64,000 nt of DNA from Gemmatimonadales bacterium (GCA_041577295.1 JBFGJG010000016.1:12437-76436), one strand, 5' to 3'. Shown: positions 1 to 9,805, counted from the first letter of the stretch. Notes: generated from the sequence alone by a model not told the origin. Translations and numbers: made by a program.

Positions 1-69
1 CCCTTCGGCACACCCACCGAGGATGCCAGCCGCGGCTCCGACGACCACGAGACAGATGTGGATCTTCAT
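1..69 (-). CDS. 5' end of a putative lipoprotein gene running off the left edge (partial)
   Basis: ATG at 69..67. Translation MKIHICLVVVGAAAGILGGCAEG looks like a signal peptide with a lipobox-like LGGC. Too short for the ORF track. Confidence 0.3.
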   Translation of the reverse strand, partial: MKIHICLVVVGAAAGILGGCAEG

Positions 70-264
70 GAACGAGCGCGTGATTTGATTGTCATGGATG
101 CCGTATCGTGGGCTCCTTGCAAGCCGCGTTCCGTGATGGAAGTCACTTTGTCCTCGAAGGAATAAAGAGGATAAAGAGGATGTGATGGATTCCACGGTAA
201 TGACAGCCCATCTCTGATAGTCTCGAAGTTCCGTTGATCGAGACAGCTTTAGGGAGGCGATCTC

Positions 265-888
265 ATGCGTGTACCAGTCAGGCCATTCCTCGCCGTCGGT
301 CTTGCCGTTGCGGTGTCCGCCTGCAGTGACAACCCCCTCGGTGTGAACTCAGGCGACGTCCTCTCCGCCCAGGAAATCCAATCGCTCTTCGACGCCATGT
401 CTGCCGGCTTTTCCAACGCGGGGGTGAGTCCGGGAGCGCCAGCGTTGGCGTCGGGCGCTGCGGCAGTCCCCATCGATCAGAACTTTACCTTCTCCGCCGC
501 GTGTCCGGCCGGAGGCTCGTTGAGCATCAGCGGGTCCGCCAACGGCAACATCGACGAGCAGACACTCCTCGGTGACCTTCGGATGGAGTTTCGCTACAGG
601 ATGACCGAGTGTGCCGTCACCCATGAGCAAGTCACCTTCACAGTGAGCCACGCACCTGAGATCAGGTTCGACAGCAACTGGCAGTTCGGCGAAGAAGCGC
701 TGAGCGTGAGTGGTAGCGAGAGGGGCGGGTTCAGCTTCACGGCGAGCGATGGACGCACCGGGAGTTGTGCCATCGACCTGGAGTTCTCCGTAACGGCTAA
801 CCGAACTACGCAGACCTCCAGCGCAACGGTGAGTGGAGAAGTGTGCGGCATTTCAGCGGACGGTCTCAATCCGCTCGATGTGTCCTGA
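265..888 (+). CDS. putative lipoprotein, unknown function
   Basis: ATG 265 preceded by AGGGAGG (251..257). N-terminus MRVPVRPFLAVGLAVAVSAC is a signal peptide plus lipobox. No family recognised. Confidence 0.65.
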   Translation: MRVPVRPFLAVGLAVAVSACSDNPLGVNSGDVLSAQEIQSLFDAMSAGFSNAGVSPGAPALASGAAAVPIDQNFTFSAACPAGGSLSISGSANGNIDEQTLLGDLRMEFRYRMTECAVTHEQVTFTVSHAPEIRFDSNWQFGEEALSVSGSERGGFSFTASDGRTGSCAIDLEFSVTANRTTQTSSATVSGEVCGISADGLNPLDVS

Positions 889-1051
889 TGCTAGTTGGCA
901 GATGAACTTTTGATTGCGCTGATGTGATCGCGCAGATGATCGTAGGAGGGGCGGTCGAACACTCGAGCTCGGCCGCTCTTTCTTATCCGGGATTGACGGC
1001 AGCGGCTGGATGGGCGGGCGATCTCTCCTGCCCCCCCTCCCTTGACTGGCG

Positions 1052-2125
1052 CTACCGGCCCTCCCGTCCGACGAACCGGATTACCCCGTGATCGCCGATG
1101 CCCACCGGAGCAGCGTGGCCAGCCACCCCGGTCGCCTCCACGAGCTCGAATTGGCGCGAAAGGACTTCTTGCATCGGCTCACCGACCGGTGCATGACTGA
1201 ACGTGATGGTCCAGACACCGGGGTCCACGAACATCCCCTCCACGGCCAAGGTCACCGTCACGAATGTCACGCTGAATGTCGATCGCTGGGGAAAGGTCGT
1301 TGTGAGAGCTGGCTGGTTCGAGGGATCGCGCACATCGAAGCGCAGCGAATCGGCGTTGAGGTTGTGTGTTTCCACCCAGAAGAGCATCAGCGGTTCGTCG
1401 GTCCTGATCATGTCGTTGTCCACTGGGCGTTCGAGTAGAAATTCGAGACTGGGCAAAATCGTGGTCGTGATGCCCACATCGAGCACATGAAACTCATCCT
1501 GATACGGCAGCGGATCGGCCCAGAGCTGCTCCGTGGCGCTGCAGGGACCCTCGTATGGATCGATCGGGATCCCCAGATCATCTCGGACCTCGAAGTGCAG
1601 GTGTGGCCAGTTGGAGTTACCCGAGCTGCCCACGAGCCCAAGCGGATCGCCGGGTCGCACTTCGTCGCCCAGATCGACCATCAATGAGTTTTCACGGAGA
1701 TGCGCATAGATGTGGCTGAACCTGGACTCGTCGTGCAAGATCTCGAGGTGATTCCCAAACCCGCCGGGCGAGGGCCGGACCGCGTTGCGATCGAACAGCC
1801 CATCGACCGCCGCCACAACACGCCCGGGCGCCACCGCCTCGACGACGACACCGGAGTCTTGGACCAAGAAGTTCCGCAGCAAGATGTCGACGCCGCGGTG
1901 TCCCTCAAAGGCCTTGATACCGCAGTTGTAGTCGGCAAAGCCGTGCGCGTAGTAAGCTCCGTAGAAGATGTTCTCGTTGGGTGTTCCAGCGAGGGGTACG
2001 GAACGCACGAGCGTTATCGAGGTCTGTTCACGAGGAGCAAACGGCCCCTCGGTGCTCAGGCAACCAAGGGTTCCCACCGCCAGCGCGAGAACAAGGCACG
2101 GCGGGCGCCGATGGTCACGACACAT
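1052..2125 (-). CDS. M23/LytM-family metallopeptidase (lipoprotein)
   Basis: Signatures HRGVDI and GSSGNSNWPHLHFEV. The track start at 2197 would overlap the next gene. The internal ATG 2125..2123 gives MCRDHRRPPCLVLALAVGTLGC, a lipoprotein-type leader. Confidence 0.85.
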   Translation of the reverse strand: MCRDHRRPPCLVLALAVGTLGCLSTEGPFAPREQTSITLVRSVPLAGTPNENIFYGAYYAHGFADYNCGIKAFEGHRGVDILLRNFLVQDSGVVVEAVAPGRVVAAVDGLFDRNAVRPSPGGFGNHLEILHDESRFSHIYAHLRENSLMVDLGDEVRPGDPLGLVGSSGNSNWPHLHFEVRDDLGIPIDPYEGPCSATEQLWADPLPYQDEFHVLDVGITTTILPSLEFLLERPVDNDMIRTDEPLMLFWVETHNLNADSLRFDVRDPSNQPALTTTFPQRSTFSVTFVTVTLAVEGMFVDPGVWTITFSHAPVGEPMQEVLSRQFELVEATGVAGHAAPVGIGDHGVIRFVGREGR

Positions 2126-2157
2126 CAGGTCGCTGAGCCTTCCAACGGCGATGGCCG

Positions 2158-2484
2158 TCAATTTCCGAACTTCACACGCCACCACTCGCGGGCGCACTCC
2201 CGCAGCGAGAGCTGCTCGATCTGCGCCTCGGCGAGGCCCTCCACGATACCGCCGGCTGCGTTCTCTAAAACCGCCCCCAGTCCATCCACGATCCGTTCGG
2301 CGTCTTCACCGTACTCGCTGGCTTTATCCCTGCCGCTGGCCGTCAGCTCGCCGGCCCGATCCTTCGCTCGGTTGACGTATTCCTTTTTGAGCATCGTGCA
2401 CGGGTTCAACGTCTTGTACGAGACGACGGGCACCGCAGCGACTACCACCACGAGAATCAAAATCAGCATCGCAAATTTTTTCAT
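2158..2484 (-). CDS. small membrane-anchored protein, unknown function
   Basis: 108-aa ORF with N-terminal anchor MKKFAMLILILVVVVAAVPVV followed by a charged helical region. It fills the gap between neighbouring genes. Confidence 0.5.
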   Translation of the reverse strand: MKKFAMLILILVVVVAAVPVVSYKTLNPCTMLKKEYVNRAKDRAGELTASGRDKASEYGEDAERIVDGLGAVLENAAGGIVEGLAEAQIEQLSLRECAREWWRVKFGN

Positions 2485-2554
2485 GGGTCAAAACGTAGCC
2501 CGGGGCTGTGGCAGTGGCAACGAGTTCAGGGCGCGTCCGGCCGAACAGGCGGGA

Positions 2555-3433
2555 GTGGCGGCAAAGGATCCGAGACCCATTCCCACCGTAGCATGCATCG
2601 CAGTCCTCCTTGCTGCGTGCGTTGCGGAATCGCCGACTATGAACACACCGCAGATAAACATGCTCGTCCGAGCGGGCGACATCGCCGAATGCGAGAACAC
2701 GAGGGACGAGGCAACGGCCGCCGTGCTCGACACACTCCCAGGAACGGTGTTTACCGCAGGCGATAACGCGTACGATGACGGGACTGCCGAAGAGTTCTCC
2801 AACTGCTACGCACCATCGTGGGGCCGGCACCTCGGACGTACGCGTCCGACACCGGGCAATCACGATTACCGTACCGACGATGGGGCACCGTACTACGCCT
2901 ACTTCGGTGCCGCCGCAGGTGAAGCCGGTAAGGGCTTCTACGCATACGATCTGGGTGACTGGCATGTGATCGGCCTCAACAGCAACATCGACGTCGGGGC
3001 GGACTCGGAGCAGCTCGCGTGGCTTCGCGCCGACCTCGATAGCCATACGACTCGCTGCGCAGTGGCATACTGGCACCATCCGAGGTTCAGCTCGGGGCAC
3101 CACGGAAACGACGCAGACCTCGACGCCGTGTGGCAGGTCCTTTATGCAGCCGGTGTCGACGTGGTCGTGAACGGGCACGATCACAACTATGAACGATTCG
3201 CGCCACAGACGCCGGCGGCTGAGCCCGACGCGTTGGGGATTCGGCAGTTCGTAGCGGGGACAGGGGGCCGCGGCCTGAGAGCCATTGACACCGTCGTTGC
3301 GAACAGCGAAGTGCGAAATACCGACACGTGGGGAGTCCTCGTGCTCAGGCTGCTGGCCGATGCGTACGAGTGGGAGTTCGTTCCAGCCGCCGGTGGCATG
3401 TTTCGCGACGTGGGGAGGGACGAGTGTCACTGA
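2555..3433 (+). CDS. calcineurin-like metallophosphoesterase (probable lipoprotein)
   Basis: The C-terminal ~290 aa of track ORF 1700..3433 carry GDIAECE, AGDNAYDDG, PGNHDY and VNGHDHNYERF. The upstream part of that ORF is antisense to the M23 gene. In-frame GTG 2555 precedes ACIAVLLAAC. ATG 2483 and ATG 2638 are alternative starts. Confidence 0.8.
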   Translation: MAAKDPRPIPTVACIAVLLAACVAESPTMNTPQINMLVRAGDIAECENTRDEATAAVLDTLPGTVFTAGDNAYDDGTAEEFSNCYAPSWGRHLGRTRPTPGNHDYRTDDGAPYYAYFGAAAGEAGKGFYAYDLGDWHVIGLNSNIDVGADSEQLAWLRADLDSHTTRCAVAYWHHPRFSSGHHGNDADLDAVWQVLYAAGVDVVVNGHDHNYERFAPQTPAAEPDALGIRQFVAGTGGRGLRAIDTVVANSEVRNTDTWGVLVLRLLADAYEWEFVPAAGGMFRDVGRDECH

Positions 3434-3453
3434 GGGGTGGGAATCTGTCTCAA

Positions 3454-3481
3454 CTGCCTCTGCTGCGTGGTGACGAGGCAG
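3454..3481 (+). terminator. hairpin CTGCCTC-N14-GAGGCAG downstream of the phosphoesterase gene (member of the GAGGCAG repeat family)
   Basis: 7-bp perfect stem, 3454..3460 pairing with 3475..3481, located 21 nt after the stop codon. No clear U-tract. Confidence 0.3.
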
Positions 3482-3554
3482 GGGTGGCAGAAGAGCGCCA
3501 TCCTCCCGCCCTTCCTGCCCAGGCCCAGATCTTGCCCTCGTACATGCGCTGACT

Positions 3555-4928
3555 ATGCGAACCGCAACATCCGCCGCCGCCCCGCCGGGGCTGGCCCCCC
3601 CAGCACCCCCATCGCTGGTGCTTTCTCTCGGCGCCAGGGTGGCCTACGTGCTGGTGGTCTTCCTGGCGACCCTCAAGGCCCTCGAATTCGACCCGAACCT
3701 CGGAGATGCGGCGCTTCGGCTCGAGGACGCGTTCAACCCGGTCACCTCCGCCCGTGATCTAGTTGACGCGGTCCGAAACGTGGCCCTGTTCGCAGGATGG
3801 GGTGCCGTGTGGGTCATCAGCGGCCGACCCACCGTGCGTCTGTTCACGACCCTCATCGGCGCAGCCGTAACGGGCCTGGCGCTCAGTGCGGGTGTCGAAA
3901 CGCTCCAACTCTTCTCCGAGATGCGGCGTGCCAGCGTGCTCGACCTGATCACCAACACCACCGGTGCGGTGGCCGGCGCGATCGTCATGACCGCCATGGT
4001 CGCCATGGCCTGGGGGCTCAGAGGGTGGAAGTCGTACGTGGGGATCCCAGCCGTGGTGCTGGCGGGTGGGTATTTGGGGGCAGTCTTCTTCGAATCCGTG
4101 GTCCCACTGGACCGTGCGGTTCCGCTGCTCGGTGTCTACGGTGGGCCCTTCAGCCGATTCGGCGCGGCCCTGAGCCAAATCAAGTTAGGGATGTCCACGT
4201 TTCCGATGACAGATGTGTTTCTGTTTCTTCCGCTTGGCGTCCTCGGCGTGGCGGCGCTCACAGAGCTACGCGAGTTCCAGCAGAAGTACGGTCGTGCCGC
4301 AGTGGTCACCTGTCTCTTTGGGCTCGTCCTATCCGCCACGGCTGAGGTCGGACGGGGGGCGTTGGGACTACCCATCGAGCTGGGCGTAATTCTCGTGCAC
4401 ACAGGGGCGATCGGACTGGGAGCTGTGGTCAGCGCAAAGCTCCTCCCCGCCTTCACCCGCACCTTCCGGGGACGCAAGCGGGCGAAAGTCGTCTTTGTCG
4501 GCTATGCCGTGGTGCTGATGCTGTGGGCGTGGCGCCCTTACTGGCCCGAGTGGGACCTAGCAGACATCCTCGAGCAATTCTCAGTCGAACGATTCATTCC
4601 CCTCGCAGCAGCCCGTTGGCGAATGGATCTCTTCAGCGTGTCGGATGTCGCGGGGCAGTTCTTCCGCTACTTGCCGCTCGGTGCGATGCTCGCGGTGTGG
4701 CCACTGCGGATCGAGGGCCCGCTCGGTGCTTGCCTCCCGGGACTCTACCTCGCGCTGGCGCTCGAGTTTGGCCAAGCGTTCGTGGCAGGCCGCTACTTCG
4801 ACGTCGGAACGGATCTCGCGGTGCAATGCGCTGGTGTCGTCATCGGGTGGATGGTCATTCGCCAGGCAGGATTCCGACCGCACGGTGAGATGATGCCCCC
4901 ACGACCCACACAACGTCCACTGCGCTGA
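3555..4928 (+). CDS. polytopic membrane protein, VanZ-like (two modules), tentative
   Basis: 457-aa ORF with many hydrophobic segments. The C-half motifs SDVAGQFFRYLPLGAML and DLAVQCAGVVIGW resemble VanZ-family modules. The family call is from memory only. Confidence 0.6.
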   Translation: MRTATSAAAPPGLAPPAPPSLVLSLGARVAYVLVVFLATLKALEFDPNLGDAALRLEDAFNPVTSARDLVDAVRNVALFAGWGAVWVISGRPTVRLFTTLIGAAVTGLALSAGVETLQLFSEMRRASVLDLITNTTGAVAGAIVMTAMVAMAWGLRGWKSYVGIPAVVLAGGYLGAVFFESVVPLDRAVPLLGVYGGPFSRFGAALSQIKLGMSTFPMTDVFLFLPLGVLGVAALTELREFQQKYGRAAVVTCLFGLVLSATAEVGRGALGLPIELGVILVHTGAIGLGAVVSAKLLPAFTRTFRGRKRAKVVFVGYAVVLMLWAWRPYWPEWDLADILEQFSVERFIPLAAARWRMDLFSVSDVAGQFFRYLPLGAMLAVWPLRIEGPLGACLPGLYLALALEFGQAFVAGRYFDVGTDLAVQCAGVVIGWMVIRQAGFRPHGEMMPPRPTQRPLR

Positions 4929-4942
4929 GTCCCACGACGATC

Positions 4943-6787
4943 CTACGGCACGATCACATCCTCCGGCACCGGATCCGCAAACACGGCCTCCACCAGCTTC
5001 GCACGCCGCTCGAGCACCGCGCGCTGGTTGATGTACCCCTTGTCGGTGATCTCGCCCGCATCGATAGAGGGTGGTTCGGTGAGAACAAGGAGACGAGCAA
5101 TTCTGGTGGACGTACCCGATCGCTCCTCGTTGTGACGTCGCATCCGGTCCCGGAGATAACGACGCGCGTCAATACACGAAGCCAATTCTGCGGTCCCGTT
5201 ATGCCGCGTGCCGTGCGAGCATATTTGCTGGCATCCCGGAACACTGAGCCAAACCAATAGGCCTATCGCATCACGATCCTGGCCGCACAGCACCGCATCT
5301 TGGAGCACCGGCGCTGCAGCTGCGATGATCTTGACGCGCAGCTCGCCAACGTGAACCCACGTCCCGGAGCTTAGTTTGAAATCTTCGGCGACTCGACCAT
5401 CGAAGACCAGCCCCTTTTTTGGATCATTCGGATCCGCCAAGCGCCCTGCATCGCCAATCTTATAAAAACCCTCTTCGTCAAAGGCTGCCGCGGTGAGTTG
5501 CGCCTCGCCGAGGTAGCCGGGTGTGACATGTGGTCCGCGAACGCGCAGCTCCAGCTTTGTGCCTGACGGTACCAACTTGAGCTCGACGCCGGGAGCTGGC
5601 AGACCGATCACACCGGCCCGATCAACAGAAAAGTGTACGGTGGTGGACATTGGCGCAGTCTCGGTCGAGCCCCAGGCCGACGCAAGCATGATGGGTCTGC
5701 CAACCGTCGCATTCGAGAGCGTTTCGAGTCGCTGCCACAGATCCTGTGATAGAGCGGACCCGGCATAGAAGATCATTTGGAGGCGTTCGAAGAATCGCCC
5801 TCGCAGCCGATCGTTTTGCTCGAGATGCGGGAGCAGCATCGAGAATCCAACGGGCACGTTGAAGTAGATCGTTGGTGCGATCTCCTCGAGATTGCGTACG
5901 GTGGTCTCGATTCCATCGGCGGTGGGTTTCCCCGCGTCGAGGTACAGCGTTCCGCCCTGCTTAAGCACGAGGTTGAAGTTGTGGTTGCCCCCAAAAGTGT
6001 GATTCCACGGAAGCCAGTCGACGAGCACCGGTGGCGTTTGCTTCACGAACGGCCAGCACTGCTCTACCATTTGTTGATTGGCACACAGCATACCGTGCGT
6101 ATTGATCACCGCTTTGGGGATTCCCGTAGACCCGGACGTGAACAGGTACTTCGCCACGCTATCGGGCGTGAGCTGTTTGGTTCGGGACGAGAGGGCGGCG
6201 CCTGGCGGCGTCGCGAGCAGTTGGTCCAGCGAAATCACCGAACGGTGTTCGGTCTCTGAGCTGACGACATCCACCCGCTCGAGCGGTAGTGCGTCCAATA
6301 CCCTTGCAAAAGGTGCAACGGGTTGCACGAAGATCAGGCCGGGACGGATGCAATCGAAGATGCGTTTCACCTTCGTGTGGTCGCTCGTCAGGAGCGAGTA
6401 TGCGGGGGAGACCGGTGCAATCGGCACGCCCGCGATGAAACACGCCAACATCATCAACGCGTGGTCTACCGAGTTTCCCGAAAGCACCATCACCGGTCGA
6501 TCCCCTCCGAGCCCCAGCTCGACCAGCGCCTGGCCAATCGCTTGGGCCGCCCTCTGCGCGTCTGCGTAATTCACCAGGCGCCAGCGCTCGCCAGCTCGCT
6601 CGCCAAGGAACGGTTGATTCGGCCGCTCATGTGCCCACCGACGTAGCAACTCTCCGAGGTGACGTTCATACGGATCCAGAGTGTGCGGCGAACGCAGGAC
6701 GAAGGAGCCGTCGGGTCGATTCTCGCGCACGACCTCCGCGGGCGCCAGCGCTATCTCGGTCGCTGACACCTGGGAGCGATCAGACAC
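4943..6787 (-). CDS. AMP-dependent acyl-CoA synthetase/ligase (feruloyl-CoA-synthase-like)
   Basis: 614 aa with adenylate-forming motif LFTSGSTGIPKAV and later YKIGDAG. The overall layout is typical of ANL-superfamily ligases. Confidence 0.9.
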   Translation of the reverse strand: MSDRSQVSATEIALAPAEVVRENRPDGSFVLRSPHTLDPYERHLGELLRRWAHERPNQPFLGERAGERWRLVNYADAQRAAQAIGQALVELGLGGDRPVMVLSGNSVDHALMMLACFIAGVPIAPVSPAYSLLTSDHTKVKRIFDCIRPGLIFVQPVAPFARVLDALPLERVDVVSSETEHRSVISLDQLLATPPGAALSSRTKQLTPDSVAKYLFTSGSTGIPKAVINTHGMLCANQQMVEQCWPFVKQTPPVLVDWLPWNHTFGGNHNFNLVLKQGGTLYLDAGKPTADGIETTVRNLEEIAPTIYFNVPVGFSMLLPHLEQNDRLRGRFFERLQMIFYAGSALSQDLWQRLETLSNATVGRPIMLASAWGSTETAPMSTTVHFSVDRAGVIGLPAPGVELKLVPSGTKLELRVRGPHVTPGYLGEAQLTAAAFDEEGFYKIGDAGRLADPNDPKKGLVFDGRVAEDFKLSSGTWVHVGELRVKIIAAAAPVLQDAVLCGQDRDAIGLLVWLSVPGCQQICSHGTRHNGTAELASCIDARRYLRDRMRRHNEERSGTSTRIARLLVLTEPPSIDAGEITDKGYINQRAVLERRAKLVEAVFADPVPEDVIVP

Positions 6788-6900
6788 GTATGAACGGAGG
6801 GACCGGTCGCGCGTGGCGTCGGCGCTCTTGCGTTGGTCGCGAACCCATATTCCTATCTAGTTGCATGTAGCCAAGATGCACGCCAAGCGCGGGGGAAGCC

Positions 6901-7197
6901 ATGGAGTGGGACGCTATCGGAACTTTTGCGATGTTTCTCGCTGCGGGTGCCGCCAGCATCGCCTGGACCGTCTACGCCGGGTATCGGGTCAAGATCAATT
7001 CGGAGCTCGAGCGCGAGCGTCTCAGGGCCACGTCAACGGATGCCGCGGAAGACCTCCGGCGAGAGCTTCACGACGTGATCGCTCAGCAGCAGGCGCAGCT
7101 CGACGAGCTCAACGAGCGGATCGACTTCACGGAACGGATGCTCGCCAGCGGTCGCGGAGTTGAAGAGCGAATTCCGCCTAAGTCCCAAGGAAACTAG
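6901..7197 (+). CDS. small membrane-anchored coiled-coil protein, unknown function
   Basis: 98 aa: one TM segment (GTFAMFLAAGAASIAWTVYAGY) then a charged heptad-like region (ELERERL...QQQAQLDELNERI). Confidence 0.4.
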   Translation: MEWDAIGTFAMFLAAGAASIAWTVYAGYRVKINSELERERLRATSTDAAEDLRRELHDVIAQQQAQLDELNERIDFTERMLASGRGVEERIPPKSQGN

Positions 7198-7210
7198 ACC
7201 GCGACCACCC

Positions 7211-7346
7211 ATGCTCGAGTCCCTTCGACAAGACATAGGTTACGGGCTACGGACTCAGCGACGGTCGACGGGCAGCCCTCGCGAGCGCGCTCCCGGCGCA
7301 CTGCGCGAGTCGAGTGGATGCGCAGACCGTGTTGAGGTATGAGTAG
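7211..7346 (+). pseudogene. deletion relic of an ADOP-type MacB/FtsX permease (N-terminal ~20 codons joined to C-terminal ~24 codons, out of frame)
   Basis: Frame 1 from ATG 7211 reads MLESLRQDIGYGLRTQRRS, the typical permease N-terminus (LxQDLRYALRxLRRSPGF). Frame 2, ending at TAG 7344..7346, reads AALASALPAHCASRVDAQTVLRYE, the typical C-terminus (LPARRASRVDPxxALRYE). Confidence 0.6.
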
Positions 7347-7442
7347 AACGGTGGGTAATCGGGTTCGGGGGGGGTGGGCGGGAGAAACAGCGGAGGAGAC
7401 AGAGAACCTCTATCCCCTCGATCCCCCGTTGTTCCTTCTAGT

Positions 7443-7853
7443 CTAGTAGAGTCTATGCACCATCATTCGGTGAATACGCCACTTGCCATCGGCGGCACGC
7501 TGCCAAAACGCCATGTAGCGGCCTGGGTAGCTAGTGATCGGTTCACCCGGCCGGCCGCCTTGCTCGACGTAGGTCCCCCACTCATAGACTGAATCGCCGT
7601 GCACGGTAAGCTCGGTGATCTCGCCGGTGATCGCGGTGAGCATGAACTCGTCGAACATGCCGGTGGCAAATCGCTCGATGGCCTCGCGACCGCGAAACTC
7701 CTCCATACCCGGCTCGAGCAACACGGCATTTTCCGTGAACATCGATGCCAGAGCCTGGGGATCACCCCGCATCAAGATGTCGCGGTATTCCCCCCAACGC
7801 TGCGTGATAGCGTCTGCCACGGCGGACGCGTAGGACGTGCTCGCTTTGTTCAT
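7443..7853 (-). CDS. SnoaL-like / DUF4440-type NTF2-fold protein
   Basis: 136 aa. The pattern FTENAVLLEPG...GREAIERF...WRIHRMM is typical of NTF2-like small proteins. Confidence 0.7.
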   Translation of the reverse strand: MNKASTSYASAVADAITQRWGEYRDILMRGDPQALASMFTENAVLLEPGMEEFRGREAIERFATGMFDEFMLTAITGEITELTVHGDSVYEWGTYVEQGGRPGEPITSYPGRYMAFWQRAADGKWRIHRMMVHRLY

Positions 7854-7930
7854 TTCTCCTCACCCGCAAGCGGGGAACCAAAGCGTCGCAGCGCTCAGCC
7901 ACGGTCAACATCCCACGCAGCCTGTCTGTC

Positions 7931-9556
7931 CTACCGCGTCTGAGCGTAGGCCTGCACGTACGCTTTGGCCACCGCAAGCTCCGGTCGATCGCCGTTGCCA
8001 TCCTCCATGAGGGCCAGGAAGCGCCGATAGCCATCGGCCGCTTCCTCATGGTCCCCTGCCAGCTGCGCGGCCCACGCGGCACCAAAGACACTGCGTGCAC
8101 GGTTGGGCTGCTGCTCCAGCACTACCTGGTAGGCCACGCGGGCATCGTCGTACCGCCCCACCTCCACGAGGAGATCACCGAGGAGCTCTCGCGCCGAAGC
8201 GATGGGACCGGGAACCTCTGGATCGGTCTCGACCCCATCCTCTCGATCCGCAGCTTCCGCCGCGAGGAGCAAGGCATTGGTGGTGTCTCCCTCCGCGAGC
8301 GCCACCCAGGCGGAGACGGCCAAGCGGCGCGCTTGCGTGATGCGACGCCAATCTCCGTTCTCCGGGAGGGAACGTTCGACCGCGAGGAGCTGCTCGAATT
8401 CGGTTCGTGTGACCTCGACGTCACCGGTCCGCGCGGCACCGAGGGCTCGGGCAAAGTGCGTCATCGCCTCTGCCGGACCGGTTGCATCGGAAGTTGGGGG
8501 CGGTAAGACCGCCGCGAGGGCCCAATCCCGTCGTTCGAGGGCATACCGCACGGGGATTGCCGCGAGGGCATACCGGTCGATCCCCGTGAGCACGGACTGG
8601 GCGTCCGATGTCGACTGACTCGAAGTCAGCGATTTCTTGGCAATGGACCGTGCTTCTTCGTCATCCCCATACTGGAGATAGGCATAGACGAGGAAGTCCT
8701 TGGCATGTACGGAGTCCTTCGAATGCACCGCCACGTCGAGTGCCGCAAGGTTGGCTTGCACCACCTCGTTCCACTTGCCGACCCGACGGTAAAGATGCGA
8801 AGGAAGATGCTGTGCGGTGAACGCGCCCGATGCGATGGTCGCGAACTGGCGCGCTGCTTCCACGCCGAGTGATGCGAGCTCCGGATGATCGTAAACCCGC
8901 GTGAGGTAGTGCACGATCCCCGGATGCTCAGGATGTTCCGCATGAAGGCTTTGCAACGCTGTTCCAATGACTCGCCGTCGCTCCAGCGTCGAGTCGCCGA
9001 ACGACGCGTTCGCAGATGCGGCCTGCAGCCACAGCACCTGAGCCTCGAGATCGCCGGGATACCGCTGCGCCAAGTCCCGCATCTTGACCTCGTACGTCAA
9101 GGCACGGGTTTGGTGGTCCAGCTTGTCAAAGTCCCGGAAGAATGCGATGAGGGCATCGAGGTAATCACGTTCGCGAGACGTGCCAGAGCTGCGGTTGATC
9201 TCCTCCGCTAGCAAACTCCACCCAGCTTGCAGGCTCGAGTCCGACGAGACTCCGACATACGGATCGGCACGCAGCACCATGGCGCGACCCCAGGCAGCGA
9301 TCAGGCACGTGGAATCACGATCCGCGACCTGCACGAACGCGCTGTCGGCAACGGCGAACTGAAACGTGTGGAGTGCCGCGACACCCTGCTCCAACAGGGG
9401 TTGGGCGTCCGGCGCGCATGAGGTCGAAAAGACGACTCGAGGGGCGAAATGCGAACTCTGAAGACTGCTTTCTTCGCTCTGCGCTGCGAGCGAGCCGATC
9501 ATCAGCGGAATGGCGAGAGCAAGCGAAACCGCTGAACGCGTGACAGGCGACACCAT
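7931..9556 (-). CDS. secreted TPR-like helical-repeat protein
   Basis: The internal ATG 9556..9554 is preceded by GGAGGA and gives the signal peptide MVSPVTRSAVSLALAIPLMIGSLAAQ. The rest is alpha-helical repeat-like (for example VGRYDDARVAYQVVLEQQPN, HEEAADGYRRFLAL). Confidence 0.7.
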   Translation of the reverse strand: MVSPVTRSAVSLALAIPLMIGSLAAQSEESSLQSSHFAPRVVFSTSCAPDAQPLLEQGVAALHTFQFAVADSAFVQVADRDSTCLIAAWGRAMVLRADPYVGVSSDSSLQAGWSLLAEEINRSSGTSRERDYLDALIAFFRDFDKLDHQTRALTYEVKMRDLAQRYPGDLEAQVLWLQAASANASFGDSTLERRRVIGTALQSLHAEHPEHPGIVHYLTRVYDHPELASLGVEAARQFATIASGAFTAQHLPSHLYRRVGKWNEVVQANLAALDVAVHSKDSVHAKDFLVYAYLQYGDDEEARSIAKKSLTSSQSTSDAQSVLTGIDRYALAAIPVRYALERRDWALAAVLPPPTSDATGPAEAMTHFARALGAARTGDVEVTRTEFEQLLAVERSLPENGDWRRITQARRLAVSAWVALAEGDTTNALLLAAEAADREDGVETDPEVPGPIASARELLGDLLVEVGRYDDARVAYQVVLEQQPNRARSVFGAAWAAQLAGDHEEAADGYRRFLALMEDGNGDRPELAVAKAYVQAYAQTR

Positions 9557-9805
9557 GGTCTCCTCCGAGAGCAAGGGACGAGCTAGTCGGGCTGGGTGGG
9601 GCGCGGAGATGACACGGGCGCAAATCGTCACGATTTCAGTAACTAACGGGCAACCGGCCGGTTCGGCGGTGACCGGGATCACATAGGATGGAAGCATGAA
9701 AGGAACGAAGTTGAGGAGATTGAAGGGTGTAGGACGCTCAGACGTCGCGCAACGGCGTCCGATCGCCATCGGACCTCCAGCTTTCCGGCCTTCCGTCCAT
9801 TCGCC

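Noticed and set aside
1700-2554. N-terminal extensions of several track ORFs: 1700..3433, 11132..12016, 58327..59655, 46325..47302, 7931..9769, 24938..26947, 28272..29159, 29235..30644, 60647..63133.
   Set aside because: The extensions run through neighbouring genes or repeat DNA and lack family similarity. Internal starts with SD-like sequences, signal peptides or start/stop overlaps fit better.
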